DNA from: Polyangiales bacterium
Lineage (GTDB): Bacteria; Myxococcota_A; Polyangia; Polyangiales; Houyiibacteriaceae
Assembly: GCA_965227405.1 (NCBI GenBank)
Contig: OZ245758.1
Coordinates: 1,705,693 to 1,769,692 of the forward strand
Direction: 5' to 3'
DNA: 64,000 nt
In this document: positions 17,051 through 26,445 of the stretch, in pieces
How the letters are laid out: each line of letters opens with the position of its first letter
Numbering within the stretch: position 1 is the first letter of the stretch
Notes under the pieces: generated by a model
Seen by the model: the letters and a program-made list of their open reading frames with translations, nothing else
What the model was told of the DNA's origin: nothing
The model's database searches: none
Translations under genes and position numbers: made by a program

Positions 17051-18931
17051 CTACTCAGCAGGCGGCGGCTCCTCTTCGGTTCCACCCAGCGTAAACGAGA
17101 GATAACCACTCTCATCCGCAACAACCTCGGACACGCTCAGCGGGACACCCAGGTCCGGCAGCGTGATCGCCAGTCCGTCGAGCAGACCACTGATCTGACT
17201 GCCAACGATTCCTTTGAGCGCACCTTCGAGGCCACGCACCGACGCGGGTCCAAGCTCAACACGCGGCGACTCGAGCAACCACACGTGCGTGGTACTGGCT
17301 TCGGATACGTAGACCGGAACAACTTCGCCTTCGCCACCCTCGAGTGAGAGACCCATCTCGATGTGGGTTCCGAACACGAAGAGCGTCTCACCGCCCGCGC
17401 GAATGGTGAGCTTCAGTTCGCCAAGTCCAATGAACACATCCGGATCGACTTCGAGCTCGCTTCCTTCAACGGGTTGCGCCGCAGCCCAGCTGATCGGAGC
17501 AAGCTCTGCATCGATGTCGATCTCCAGAGGCGTGGCGTCGTCGAACGTACCGGGCGTGTAGAGCGTGCGAAGTTCGCGCGCGAGAATCGCGAGAGCACCA
17601 ACGTTGAGGAACGCGCTCGCAGACTCATCTGCATCCGCGGTCAGGTCGTCGATCTGCAGTGCACCACCACCCCAGGCACCGTGAAGCAGCTGACCGACAA
17701 GACCTGGATCCAAGTAGAGCGTGCCTGGTGCAGCTGCTGGAGCAGTGGGCGGCAAGTGCGGTGCACCCGGTGCCGTCGGACCACCACCGGGACCGGTCAC
17801 ACTCGCACCGACGGTGGCCATCAGCACGCCATCCACCGGCTCCAGTCCCGTCAGGCAGAGCGCGACTTCCATCGGCACATCGAAGAACGCCATCTCCTCG
17901 GTGACGTCGAGAATGTTGATGTCCATGTCGAGGAAAGGACCGATGAGGTCGTTCACCATGGGCTGAAGCTGACCCTCCATCTTGTCCGCGATGCTGCCCT
18001 CCACGAGCTCGCCGATGATCTCGCCGCCCAAGCCAATGATGGTACCGATCAACCCGCTGCCTCCGCTGAGACGCAAGTCCAGATCGAACGAGGTGAGTTC
18101 GACGGTAACGTCGTCGGCTTCGAAGCGCGTAACGCACTCACCGGGGGCGGGCGGCAATGCGCGAAGCGGCACGTGAACCTCAACCGTGATCTGATCCGCT
18201 TCGCTGTTCGGACGAACCGTGACCGTCTGGCCAATCGCGTTGCACTGTCCCTGGAAGCCGACCGCTACGTCGGGAAGAATGACCGTGAGATCCAGCCGAC
18301 CATCTTCGAGAACGGATGCAGAGATCTGAAGCTCACCGTGGCTGACCCGGTTCACGTAGAGCTGGCACATGTCGTCGTTGATCAACTCGCTTCCGGGCGG
18401 AAGCTCTGAAGCCAGGTCGATGTCACCCCCCAAAAGGTCACCGACACTCCCGGCGAGCCCGGAGAGAATCTCGTCGTTGAGCGCGATCACTGCCGCGCCG
18501 CTGTTGCGTTCACCTTCGGGCACGTAGGCGGAGCGAAGCAGTGAGCGGTGGCCACTGACCGAGTGACCTTCGATGTCGTGTGCGCGAAGCTCGACTAAGT
18601 TGAGACCCGGCTCGACGACAGCCGTGGCGGTGAAGCTTCCGTCGGCAGCCGTGGGCACGGTGGTGGGCGGGTCACCTGCTTCAACGCGATCCAAGCCCAA
18701 GCTGGCGCGGGCTTCACCCGTGATCGGAAGGTCCGTCGACTCGAGCCGACCGTAGGGGTCCGTGCTGGAGGTATCGAGAACCAGCGAGTACCCACCTGGC
18801 CCAAGCGGGTCCATCGGAACCACGGGAGGATCCTCGCCGGGCGGGTCTTCGCCGAAGCGGTCTGTCTCGACCACCGAACTCGCCGTTCCCACACATCCGA
18901 AGAGCCCCAGAAGCACCAACCATCGCGTCAT
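17051..18931 (-). CDS. secreted hypothetical protein (626 aa)
   Basis: MTRWLVLLGLFGCVG signal and lipobox. Gly/Asp/Leu-rich with no recognised domain. Confidence 0.55.
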   Translation of the reverse strand: MTRWLVLLGLFGCVGTASSVVETDRFGEDPPGEDPPVVPMDPLGPGGYSLVLDTSSTDPYGRLESTDLPITGEARASLGLDRVEAGDPPTTVPTAADGSFTATAVVEPGLNLVELRAHDIEGHSVSGHRSLLRSAYVPEGERNSGAAVIALNDEILSGLAGSVGDLLGGDIDLASELPPGSELINDDMCQLYVNRVSHGELQISASVLEDGRLDLTVILPDVAVGFQGQCNAIGQTVTVRPNSEADQITVEVHVPLRALPPAPGECVTRFEADDVTVELTSFDLDLRLSGGSGLIGTIIGLGGEIIGELVEGSIADKMEGQLQPMVNDLIGPFLDMDINILDVTEEMAFFDVPMEVALCLTGLEPVDGVLMATVGASVTGPGGGPTAPGAPHLPPTAPAAAPGTLYLDPGLVGQLLHGAWGGGALQIDDLTADADESASAFLNVGALAILARELRTLYTPGTFDDATPLEIDIDAELAPISWAAAQPVEGSELEVDPDVFIGLGELKLTIRAGGETLFVFGTHIEMGLSLEGGEGEVVPVYVSEASTTHVWLLESPRVELGPASVRGLEGALKGIVGSQISGLLDGLAITLPDLGVPLSVSEVVADESGYLSFTLGGTEEEPPPAE

Positions 18932-19087
18932 GCCTTGGATAGTGCAAACCCCGGACCAGCAAGGGATTTCGACCAATAGTCGTAATATCGGACCAACCCG
19001 CGAAGCCTGTTTCGACGTTTGTAGACCGCGGGGTCACAAGACCCGGTCCCCCCACCCCGTCCCATTCTGGCAGAGGTAATTTTGGGG

Positions 19088-19129
19088 AGGTGAATTCTGG
19101 GGACGGTGAAACTGCTTACCCGAACCTGC
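19088..19129 (-). repeat. dispersed repeat copy D (inverted orientation)
   Basis: The reverse complement reads GGCAGGTTCGGGTAAGCAGTTTCACCGTCCCCAGAATTCACC. Confidence 0.55.
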
Positions 19130-19301
19130 CCATAAACAGCCACGAAACATTGGGCTTTACTGAGTTCTACCCAAAAACCACTGATCCCAGAGGAGCGATA
19201 ATTCGTGGCGCAACGGCTACGGACGTGGTCGCAAACCAGTCGTTGGGCTTCATTTTTGCGTGGGTTTTCAAACAGCTCCGCACTTTCGGGCGATATCAGA
19301 G

Positions 19302-19340
19302 CAAGTCCGGGTAACTAGTAAACGCGTCCCCAGAATTCAC
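19302..19340 (+). repeat. dispersed repeat copy C
   Basis: CAAGTCCGGGTAACTAGTAAACGCGTCCCCAGAATTCAC, abutting the radical SAM gene stop. Confidence 0.55.
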
Positions 19341-19341
19341 T

Positions 19342-20403
19342 TCAGCCTAGGTGGACTGGAAGACGACGTGAGCCCCAGGTTCCTGGGTTCGTGTGGAAGA
19401 CTCCCGCGACCCTTTCGCCGCACGCTGCGCACGCACCTTCGTTCAGGTTCCAACGTTGGATGGTGTAGCCGTCTCGGGCGATCACGGTCTCACCACACGA
19501 CGGGCAATACGTACTCTGCCCGCGCGGATCGAACACGTTCCCGGTGTAGACGTAACGCATCCCGGTTTCCATCGCGATGTCGCGCGCACGCACTAACGTC
19601 GACGCGGGTGTTCACGGCTTGTCTCGCATCCGAAAGTCCGGATGAAACGCACTGAAGTGCAGGGGCACATCTGGACCCAGTGTCTCGAACACCCACCGAT
19701 TCAGTTCACGTAACTCAGCTTCGCTGTCGTTCTCGCCAGGAATCAACAAGGTGGTGATCTCCACCCACACGTCGGTCTCGTGCACCAAGTACTCGAGTGT
19801 CTCCAACACGGGACGCAACTCTGCACTACACAGCTTCCGATAGAACCGTTCGGTAAACCCCTTCAGGTCCACGTTCGTAGCGTCGATCACCGAGAAAAGA
19901 TCACGACGCGCCGCAGGCGTAATGTACCCCGCGGTCACAGCCACGCTCTTGATGCCCTGCGCACGACACGCCACCGCAGTGTCCATGGCGTACTCGAGAA
20001 AGATCACAGGATCGTTGTAGGTGTACGCGACACTGGCACACCCCAAACGCTTGGCGGCTGCGGCAATCTGCGCCGGCTCTGCGCTGTCCATCAAGCGATC
20101 CATCTCGCGCGACTTCGAGATCGACCAGTTCTGACAAAACTTGCACGTGAGGTTGCACCCCGCGGTTCCAAAACTCAGCACGGGTGTCCCAGGAAGAAAG
20201 TGCGACAGAGGCTTCTTCTCGATCGGGTCCACGCAGTACCCACTCGACCTTCCATACGTCGTCAGAACCAGCTGATCGCCCTGCCTCGCACGGACAAAAC
20301 ACAGCCCACGCTGCCCCTCGTTGAGCGTGCAATGCCGCGGACACACGTCACAGCGAATGCGCCCTTCGTCCTCACTCCAATGTCGCGCAGGGTGCATTCG
20401 CAA
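19342..20403 (-). CDS. AmmeMemoRadiSam-system radical SAM enzyme, interrupted by an in-frame TGA at 19612-19614 (possible pseudogene, readthrough or sequencing error)
   Basis: The 263-aa part has CNLTCKFC (CxxxCxxC) and family-typical blocks. The 83-aa part continues in the same frame (MRARDIAMETGMRYVYTGNV...). The two ORFs are separated only by TGA in ...DKP-*-TPAST... Confidence 0.6.
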
Positions 20404-20419
20404 CCACTATAGTAAGGGC

Positions 20420-21193
20420 ATGCGCGTTCGTCCCGCAGCCATCGCCGGGCTCTTCTACAGCGACGACGTCGACACCCTGCGCGCATCGGTCCGCAAGTTC
20501 ATCGACGACGCACCCGAGAGTTCACTCCACCCCAAAGCGTTGGTCGCTCCACACGCAGGCACCATCTACTCCGGACCCACCGCCGGCTACGCATACAAGC
20601 TCATCCCCAACTCGGTGCAACGCGTCGTGTTGCTCGGACCCGCACACCGTGTCGCCGTTCGCGGCTTGGCTGTACCGAGTGTCGACGCGTTCGAAACACC
20701 GCTTGGAAACGTCACGCTCGACCGAGATGCGATCGCCGCCGCACTCCAACTGCCGCACGTGCATCAAGACGATGCTCCCCACGCCCAAGAACACTCGCTC
20801 GAGATTCACCTCCCCTTCTTGCAAGAACACTTGGGCAGCTTTCAACTCGTCCCCTTCGTGGTCGGCCAAGCAACGGCTGCAGAAGTTGCCGAAGTGCTCG
20901 CGCTCTTATGGGGTGGTGACGAAACACTGATCTTGATCAGCAGTGACCTCTCCCACTTTCACGACTACGAAACAGCACGGCGCATGGACGCGGAGACAAC
21001 GGCTGCGATCGAGTCATTGGACGCACACAAACTCCACTACGAATCCGCATGCGGTCGCGTTCCGCTTTCCGGGCTGCTCGCGGTGGCCAAAGAGCGCGAC
21101 ATGAAGGTGCACACTCTCGACGTCCGCAACTCGGGAGACACCGCGGGCACGCGCGAACGCGTGGTTGGCTACGGCGCATATGCTTTCGTCTGA
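20420..21193 (+). CDS. MEMO1-family protein (AmmeMemoRadiSam system protein B)
   Basis: AGLFYSDD...VAPHAGTIYSGPTAGYAY...HSLEIHLPFL...ISSDLSHFH are MEMO hallmark motifs. Confidence 0.8.
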   Translation: MRVRPAAIAGLFYSDDVDTLRASVRKFIDDAPESSLHPKALVAPHAGTIYSGPTAGYAYKLIPNSVQRVVLLGPAHRVAVRGLAVPSVDAFETPLGNVTLDRDAIAAALQLPHVHQDDAPHAQEHSLEIHLPFLQEHLGSFQLVPFVVGQATAAEVAEVLALLWGGDETLILISSDLSHFHDYETARRMDAETTAAIESLDAHKLHYESACGRVPLSGLLAVAKERDMKVHTLDVRNSGDTAGTRERVVGYGAYAFV

Positions 21194-21734
21194 AGCACGC
21201 GCACGGCTGTTGGAGATTGCGACGCAAGCTGTCGAAGCGGCAGCTCACAACCAAACGTTTTCGATCGACGCACACTCCGAAGCCGAAGAACTGCGACCGC
21301 TCCGCGCCACCTTCACCACACTTCGGACAGCCGATGGCTCGCTTCGCGGTTGCACGGGGGTTGTGAAGGCGTTCAGACCGCTCGCCGAAGACATCGCCAG
21401 CACCGCACGGGGTGCCGCCGTTGCCGACCCGCGATTTGAACGCGTGCAACCTCAAGAACTCGACGGGCTCGCAATCTCACTATCCGTACTCACACCGATA
21501 CAAGCGCTCGAAGTCCGCAGCGAGCAAGAGCTGCTCGACATCGTCCGCCCCAACGTCGACGGAGTGATGCTCACGGACGGAACAAAACGCGGTCTCTTCC
21601 TGCCCTCGGTTTGGGAAAGTCTTCCTGAACCGCGCGACTTTCTCGATCACCTCTTGGCGAAAGCACGCATGCGTTCGTGGTCACCCTCAACTCAAGCGCA
21701 TCGTTTTCAAGTCGAGAAGATCACGCCTTCTTGA
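21180..21734 (+). CDS. AMMECR1-domain protein (AmmeMemoRadiSam system protein A)
   Basis: LRGCTG...DPRF...GLFLPSVWE core of the AMMECR1 domain. Confidence 0.8.
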   Translation: MLSSEARARLLEIATQAVEAAAHNQTFSIDAHSEAEELRPLRATFTTLRTADGSLRGCTGVVKAFRPLAEDIASTARGAAVADPRFERVQPQELDGLAISLSVLTPIQALEVRSEQELLDIVRPNVDGVMLTDGTKRGLFLPSVWESLPEPRDFLDHLLAKARMRSWSPSTQAHRFQVEKITPS

Positions 21735-22425
21735 GCGACTCGCGAATCTCCTGCAGCGCTTCGTGCGAACTCACGGCGAGGATCAGCAACTCACAAATGA
21801 TGCGCGCCAAGATCAACACGCCGATCGCACCCAAAGGCGCGAGCATCAACATCGCCAAACCGACGCCGACCGCACCGTTGATGATCGCGATCACCGCGTT
21901 GTACCAACCCATCAAGAGTACGGCGACAGCTTCGATCCACGACAAGGCGTAGAGCACTTTCGCCAATGTCCGCGTGACCACTTTGTCGAGGTTGAAGTCG
22001 ACAAACGCGCGTGCGAGAGACTTGAACGCGTCCCCGTCAAAGCTGCCAATCGCTTCGGTGAGTGCGGCTGCGGCCGGAGTTTGCGGCAACTGCACCGGTT
22101 GGGATTCAACCGACATGGCTGGCCCACCAAGAGGCGGTTGCGACGTCGAAGGAGGCGGCTGCGACGCGGTCACCGCGGGCGGTACAGGCTGGCCCTGAAT
22201 CGTCTTGTTCCCGACCACGGTATCGACACCGCTGTCGTGAACGATCATCTCTGGAGAGAACGGTTGCGTGGCCGGTCGAAACGGCGGAGGCGGCGGAACC
22301 GAGCCAGCCGCTGGAGGCGGCGACGAAGGTGTAGGGGGTGGGACTGAAGCCGGCGGACGCGAAGGCGTGGGTGGGGGAGGCGGCACCGATGCAGTGGGTT
22401 TGGGAGGTGAGCCGTCCTCAGTCAT
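21721..22425 (-). CDS. Pro-rich membrane protein with C-terminal DUF4282-like domain
   Basis: The N-terminal 100 aa is about 40% Pro. The C-terminus has two hydrophobic helices (VLYALSWIEAVAVLLMGWYNAVIAIINGAVGVGLAMLMLAPLGAIGVLILARII). Confidence 0.5.
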   Translation of the reverse strand: MTEDGSPPKPTASVPPPPPTPSRPPASVPPPTPSSPPPAAGSVPPPPPFRPATQPFSPEMIVHDSGVDTVVGNKTIQGQPVPPAVTASQPPPSTSQPPLGGPAMSVESQPVQLPQTPAAAALTEAIGSFDGDAFKSLARAFVDFNLDKVVTRTLAKVLYALSWIEAVAVLLMGWYNAVIAIINGAVGVGLAMLMLAPLGAIGVLILARIICELLILAVSSHEALQEIRESLKKA

Positions 22426-22457
22426 GTCTTTGGGGTATCAGTTGCGCGACGAAGCGG

Positions 22458-22745
22458 TCAACTCTCGCGCTGTCCGGGTCGGGGAGCACCCGGACGTGAG
22501 CTGCGTGTTCGCGCGACGGCTTCGATCTCGTTCACTGCCTGCGCAACGGTTCGACCGGTTCGCGCACGAAAGAGTTTCTGCACGATCGAAAGTTCGTTCG
22601 GACCGATTCTCATCGCAGTGGCCAGCTTCTCGCCGCTTAGCCCGTTCAGCGCATTCCGAAGAAGTTCGCGCTGCGATCCACTCAAGCCATACCGTCGTGC
22701 ATAGCTCGAGAGCACTGTCGCTTTTTCGCCCATGCGCGACGACAT
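22458..22745 (-). CDS. small HTH protein (LuxR/GerE-like)
   Basis: LSGSQRELLRNALNGLSGEKLATAMRIGPNELSIVQKLF resembles a GerE-type HTH. Confidence 0.4.
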   Translation of the reverse strand: MSSRMGEKATVLSSYARRYGLSGSQRELLRNALNGLSGEKLATAMRIGPNELSIVQKLFRARTGRTVAQAVNEIEAVARTRSSRPGAPRPGQRES

Positions 22746-22856
22746 TGCAGGTCACATGCCGTGCGCTTTTCCCTCGTTTTTGTCGTCCGAACACCACCAC
22801 GCGTAGTGGATGCCCCACAGTTCGGAGGTTGCGTCCTACGCGCTTGGAGAAGCGCC

Positions 22857-23273
22857 CTACGAGCCTGGTGAAGCCTGCTGCAGCCAGTCGGTATGCACCG
22901 AAAAGGTCGTCATCGGGCCTGCGTGATCTCGAATTCGAATCCCAAGCGAACCGCCACTTCGCGTGCGCAACGTCGCACGAAGATGCGCCGCTCCACGCAC
23001 CGGAAGATCGAAGCGTCCGTACTGCCGTAGCGGCACCTCTGCGATCGTCGGTCCCTCTGCACCATCGTGACGAATCTCGAAACGCAACTTGGGCTCCATC
23101 GTGCGGAAGCGATTCCAGCTCTCGCCCTCGACACCATACGAAACCGTCACCTGACCATCCGGTCGCTTGGTCAGGTTGAGATCAACAAACACAACCGAGG
23201 GATGACCTTGCGCACTCACTGCTGTGGCTCCGATAAGGAGCAAACCGATCACTGAAAGTTTTGTACCGCCCAC
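22857..23273 (-). CDS. secreted hypothetical protein
   Basis: GTG start chosen at the signal peptide TKLSVIGLLLIGATAVSAQG. The ORF is open further upstream, to 23441. Confidence 0.4.
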   Translation of the reverse strand: MGGTKLSVIGLLLIGATAVSAQGHPSVVFVDLNLTKRPDGQVTVSYGVEGESWNRFRTMEPKLRFEIRHDGAEGPTIAEVPLRQYGRFDLPVRGAAHLRATLRTRSGGSLGIRIRDHAGPMTTFSVHTDWLQQASPGS

Positions 23274-23493
23274 AGACTCCCGCCGGGTGTTTCGTAGAAC
23301 CCACACGCGACTCGCGTGTAACGGGTGCTCGACATGTTGATGTAGTGCCCGTGCTCGCTGAATGGTTCGCCAGGACCTTCGTCCCACATCGCCTGCAAGC
23401 AACCGGTGATGACCTGACCGACGTCCCGCCAGCCCGGACATTCATTTTGTGCGTTTCCTCGTCATTGTACCCAATGCGCGGCGCACACCAAAG

Positions 23494-23856
23494 CTAGGTG
23501 CTGTATCCCACGTTCGTCACAAGACGAATGGTTCGGACATCTTCACGCCGAACGATCTGCTTGAGAACTTCGAGCGGAACCTGACCGATGATCTGTGTGC
23601 CGGTTCGAATCAAGAGCATCTCCGAGAGAACGCGTTCGTCCGGATCGGCTTCAAACTCGACGCGGATCGGAATTCGTTCTCCGTCACGCGCACGAACACG
23701 ATCGCGCAACGGACGATCCAACTTGGCCATCTCAGAACGCGTGAAGCGCACATCACGGGCGTCTTCCACGTCGGTTGCATTCGACGACGAGGAGGTTGCA
23801 CAGCCCACGAAACAAAGGGGGAGGACGAGAGCGATAGTTCGGATGAGTACGGTCAT
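23494..23856 (-). CDS. lipoprotein, hypothetical
   Basis: MTVLIRTIALVLPLCFVGC lipobox. Confidence 0.5.
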   Translation of the reverse strand: MTVLIRTIALVLPLCFVGCATSSSSNATDVEDARDVRFTRSEMAKLDRPLRDRVRARDGERIPIRVEFEADPDERVLSEMLLIRTGTQIIGQVPLEVLKQIVRREDVRTIRLVTNVGYST

Positions 23857-24000
23857 GCCTTCTTCAAGTGTTTGGATGCGAGCGGCAAGGCTCACGTTCA
23901 GGCGTTCGTAAATTGGCGGCGAAACGTTACGAAGTTTGACCAGTGTGGAAAATTTCGCGCTCGCGTTGCCGGTGCTTCCCCAGACGCTAAGGTTATCGAC

Positions 24001-24408
24001 GTGGCCGACAAGCCCGACGCTTCCAGTTCGTCCGGTTCACCCGAGCAATCGGCAACGCCTGAACACGCAGCGAAGAAGTCGGAGTCGGACACCAAGAAGC
24101 CTGAAGACGTGGTGTTGATCCACGGACGCAACGACGACGGCGCACTGCAGATCCTGCGCAAGAAAGGCGACGAGCTTTCGGCGGGCGAACTGCGCCCCAT
24201 CGAAGAAGGCAAACCCATCCAGGGCGACGTGGTGACGCTGCGTCCGCGCAAAGAGATGCCCCTGCTTTGCGACGTCGAAGAAGAAGTGAAATTGCCGCGA
24301 CCGAAGGGCACCAAGAAGCCGGCAAAGGTAGCGTCGGATCAGTATCGCGCCGGATGGGAAAAGCTCTGGGGTCGACGCGCGCGAACGCGCAAGTCCAAAT
24401 CGAACTAG
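24001..24408 (+). CDS. hypothetical Lys/Glu-rich protein
   Basis: Protein-like charged composition. GTG at 24001 is the only in-frame start after the overlapping minus-strand lipoprotein gene. Confidence 0.3.
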   Translation: MADKPDASSSSGSPEQSATPEHAAKKSESDTKKPEDVVLIHGRNDDGALQILRKKGDELSAGELRPIEEGKPIQGDVVTLRPRKEMPLLCDVEEEVKLPRPKGTKKPAKVASDQYRAGWEKLWGRRARTRKSKSN

Positions 24409-24411
24409 ATC

Positions 24412-25479
24412 ATGCGTCACTCGATCACGCTATTCATGTTGGCGATGCTCGTCGCATGCGGCGACGACGATGGGACGCTGGATGCCTCCATGGATGCACG
24501 CGCCATCGACGCGCCCGGCATGGATGTTCCCGGAGTCGATGCTCCTGGGGTGGATACGGGTCCCGATGCCACTCCCGATCGATGCGGAGAGTGCAGTGCC
24601 AGCGCTCCGTGGCAGTGCGAGACGTGTTTACCGACACCACTGCAAGAGATCAGCGCGATCGAACTCGATGGGAAGATCTGGGTTGTCGGCGGTTTCAACG
24701 GATCGCTCCGGGTCGAAGCACGGGTTCGGGTGTACGACCCAGCAACGAACGAATGGGAGGACGGCCCATCACTTCCCGACACGCGTCATCACGTTCAGCT
24801 CGCAACGTTCGACGGAGACCTCTACGTGTTCGGCGGAATGCGGTCGGGGTTCGTTCCGCTCTCCACGGTGTATGTTCTGCGTTCGGGCGCAGACAGCTGG
24901 ACCGAGCTCGACCAGATGCCTAGCGACCGCGCCGCAGGGTTCGCGGGCCGCATCGGTGATTTGATTTACGTCGCGGCCGGACAAGGCGATGGACGAAACG
25001 ACACGGAGCGACTCGACGACGCCGCACCAATCTTCATCTTCGACCCCTCCGATGACACATGGAGCGTCGGTGCGAGCATCCCTTCGGTGCGTGAACACTG
25101 CGCTGGTTTTGTGCTCAACGACGAGCTCTACATCGTGGGTGGACGACCGCTATCGCTGGAACCCACCTACGACACGGTCGAGATCTACAACCCCGCGACC
25201 GACGAGTGGCGCGAAGGTCCAGACATGCCCACTCGCCATGGCGGTTTCGCCGCAGCCGTGCTCAACGGTGTTGCCTATGTCTCGGGCGGAGAGGAACGCG
25301 ATCAAGCGTTGACCTCGTTTGAGGCGTTCGATGGATCCACGTGGACGCGCTTGGACGATGTCCCAACACCGCGGCACGGACACGCGATGGCTGCCATTGG
25401 CGACCGAGTGTGGGTGATTGGCGGCGCAGACGAGCCGGTTTTCGCGGCGGTGGATGTCGTCGAATCGTTCGTCCCTTGA
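24412..25479 (+). CDS. Kelch-repeat lipoprotein
   Basis: MLAMLVACG lipobox. Six or more Kelch blades (KIWVVGGF, DLYVFGG, LIYVAAG, LYIVGG, VAYVSGG, RVWVIGG). Confidence 0.75.
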   Translation: MRHSITLFMLAMLVACGDDDGTLDASMDARAIDAPGMDVPGVDAPGVDTGPDATPDRCGECSASAPWQCETCLPTPLQEISAIELDGKIWVVGGFNGSLRVEARVRVYDPATNEWEDGPSLPDTRHHVQLATFDGDLYVFGGMRSGFVPLSTVYVLRSGADSWTELDQMPSDRAAGFAGRIGDLIYVAAGQGDGRNDTERLDDAAPIFIFDPSDDTWSVGASIPSVREHCAGFVLNDELYIVGGRPLSLEPTYDTVEIYNPATDEWREGPDMPTRHGGFAAAVLNGVAYVSGGEERDQALTSFEAFDGSTWTRLDDVPTPRHGHAMAAIGDRVWVIGGADEPVFAAVDVVESFVP

Positions 25480-25494
25480 TGCTATGAGCACGCG

Positions 25495-26304
25495 GTGCGT
25501 TACCGCGACATCGATCTGCACTACGGGTGCGAGCGCGATCGACTGCCTCTGCACCTGCAACGAGCGTTTGTCGAACTCGACGCCGATGCCTCAACGCGGT
25601 CGTGGATCGACGAGTGCATTTCGAACCCGCATGGCGCCATGATCGCTGCGGCACGTGCGGTTGCCCGCAAAGTGATGAGCGACTTCGACGCCAACGGAAT
25701 GCTCAACGCTCACGACATGCGCGTCCTCGGAACAGAACAAGCAAAGCGCCTGCTGAGCACGAACCACCTCGGTGGGCGCTTGCTCGATGTCGGCGCAGGC
25801 GATGGGCGTGTGACCGCTGAACTGGCGCCGTTGGTTGATGCAGTGGTCGCGACAGAGACTTCGACTCCGATGATCGATCGGTTACGCAAGCGTGGTTGGA
25901 CCGCATACGAGACCGATTTGGTCGAGGGCGGACTGCCGGACGAGGGCACGTTCCAGCTCATTGCGCTTCTCAATGTCATCGATCGAACGTCTCAACCGAT
26001 TTCGTTGCTTGAGGCGCTGCTACCGCGACTCGCGCCCGGCGCTCAGCTGATCGTTGCGGTCCCGTTTCCGCTCAAACCGCACGTGCACGTTGGGCCGCTT
26101 ACGGTCGATCCAGAAGAGCTGCTTCCCATTGTCGACGGCGGCTGGGAGGCCCAGGCTGCCGCGCTCGACGAGATCTTGTTTGCGCCGATCGGGTATCGTG
26201 TCGATGTGCTGAGCCGAGTGCCGTACTTGTGTCGCGGTTCGAAGCGTAAGCCTGTTACCACCTTGGACGATGCCGTGTTCGTCCTGAGTGCAAGTGCAGC
26301 ATGA
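25495..26304 (+). CDS. class I SAM-dependent methyltransferase
   Basis: GTG start. Motif I LLDVGAGDGRVT and a post-I acidic residue. Confidence 0.65.
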   Translation: MRYRDIDLHYGCERDRLPLHLQRAFVELDADASTRSWIDECISNPHGAMIAAARAVARKVMSDFDANGMLNAHDMRVLGTEQAKRLLSTNHLGGRLLDVGAGDGRVTAELAPLVDAVVATETSTPMIDRLRKRGWTAYETDLVEGGLPDEGTFQLIALLNVIDRTSQPISLLEALLPRLAPGAQLIVAVPFPLKPHVHVGPLTVDPEELLPIVDGGWEAQAAALDEILFAPIGYRVDVLSRVPYLCRGSKRKPVTTLDDAVFVLSASAA

Positions 26305-26441
26305 GCTACCGCGAGCCCGCCAAGCCAAAGACACCGAAGCCGCGAATCAGCGGTGGTCCAGCAATGGTGATCGCAGTCGTTATCGCCTTGGTGACGCTCT
26401 CACTCGCGGTCATGTGGCTAAGCGCCACCCACGGCAGCTAA
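26301..26441 (+). CDS. 46-aa single-TM protein, translationally coupled to the methyltransferase
   Basis: ATGA overlap. GGPAMVIAVVIALVTLSLAVMWL is a hydrophobic helix. Below the ORF-track length cutoff. Confidence 0.3.
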   Translation: MSYREPAKPKTPKPRISGGPAMVIAVVIALVTLSLAVMWLSATHGS

Positions 26442-26445
26442 TCGA

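Noticed and set aside
19593-19612. Frameshift between the two radical SAM ORFs
   Set aside because: 19342 and 19612 are congruent modulo 3, so the two ORFs are in the same frame. The interruption is a single in-frame TGA, not a frameshift.
22268-23179. 303-aa Gly-rich plus-strand ORF
   Set aside because: Mirror image of the Pro-rich N-terminus of the minus-strand DUF4282-like gene (CCN codons reading as GGN). Then runs antisense through two further genes.
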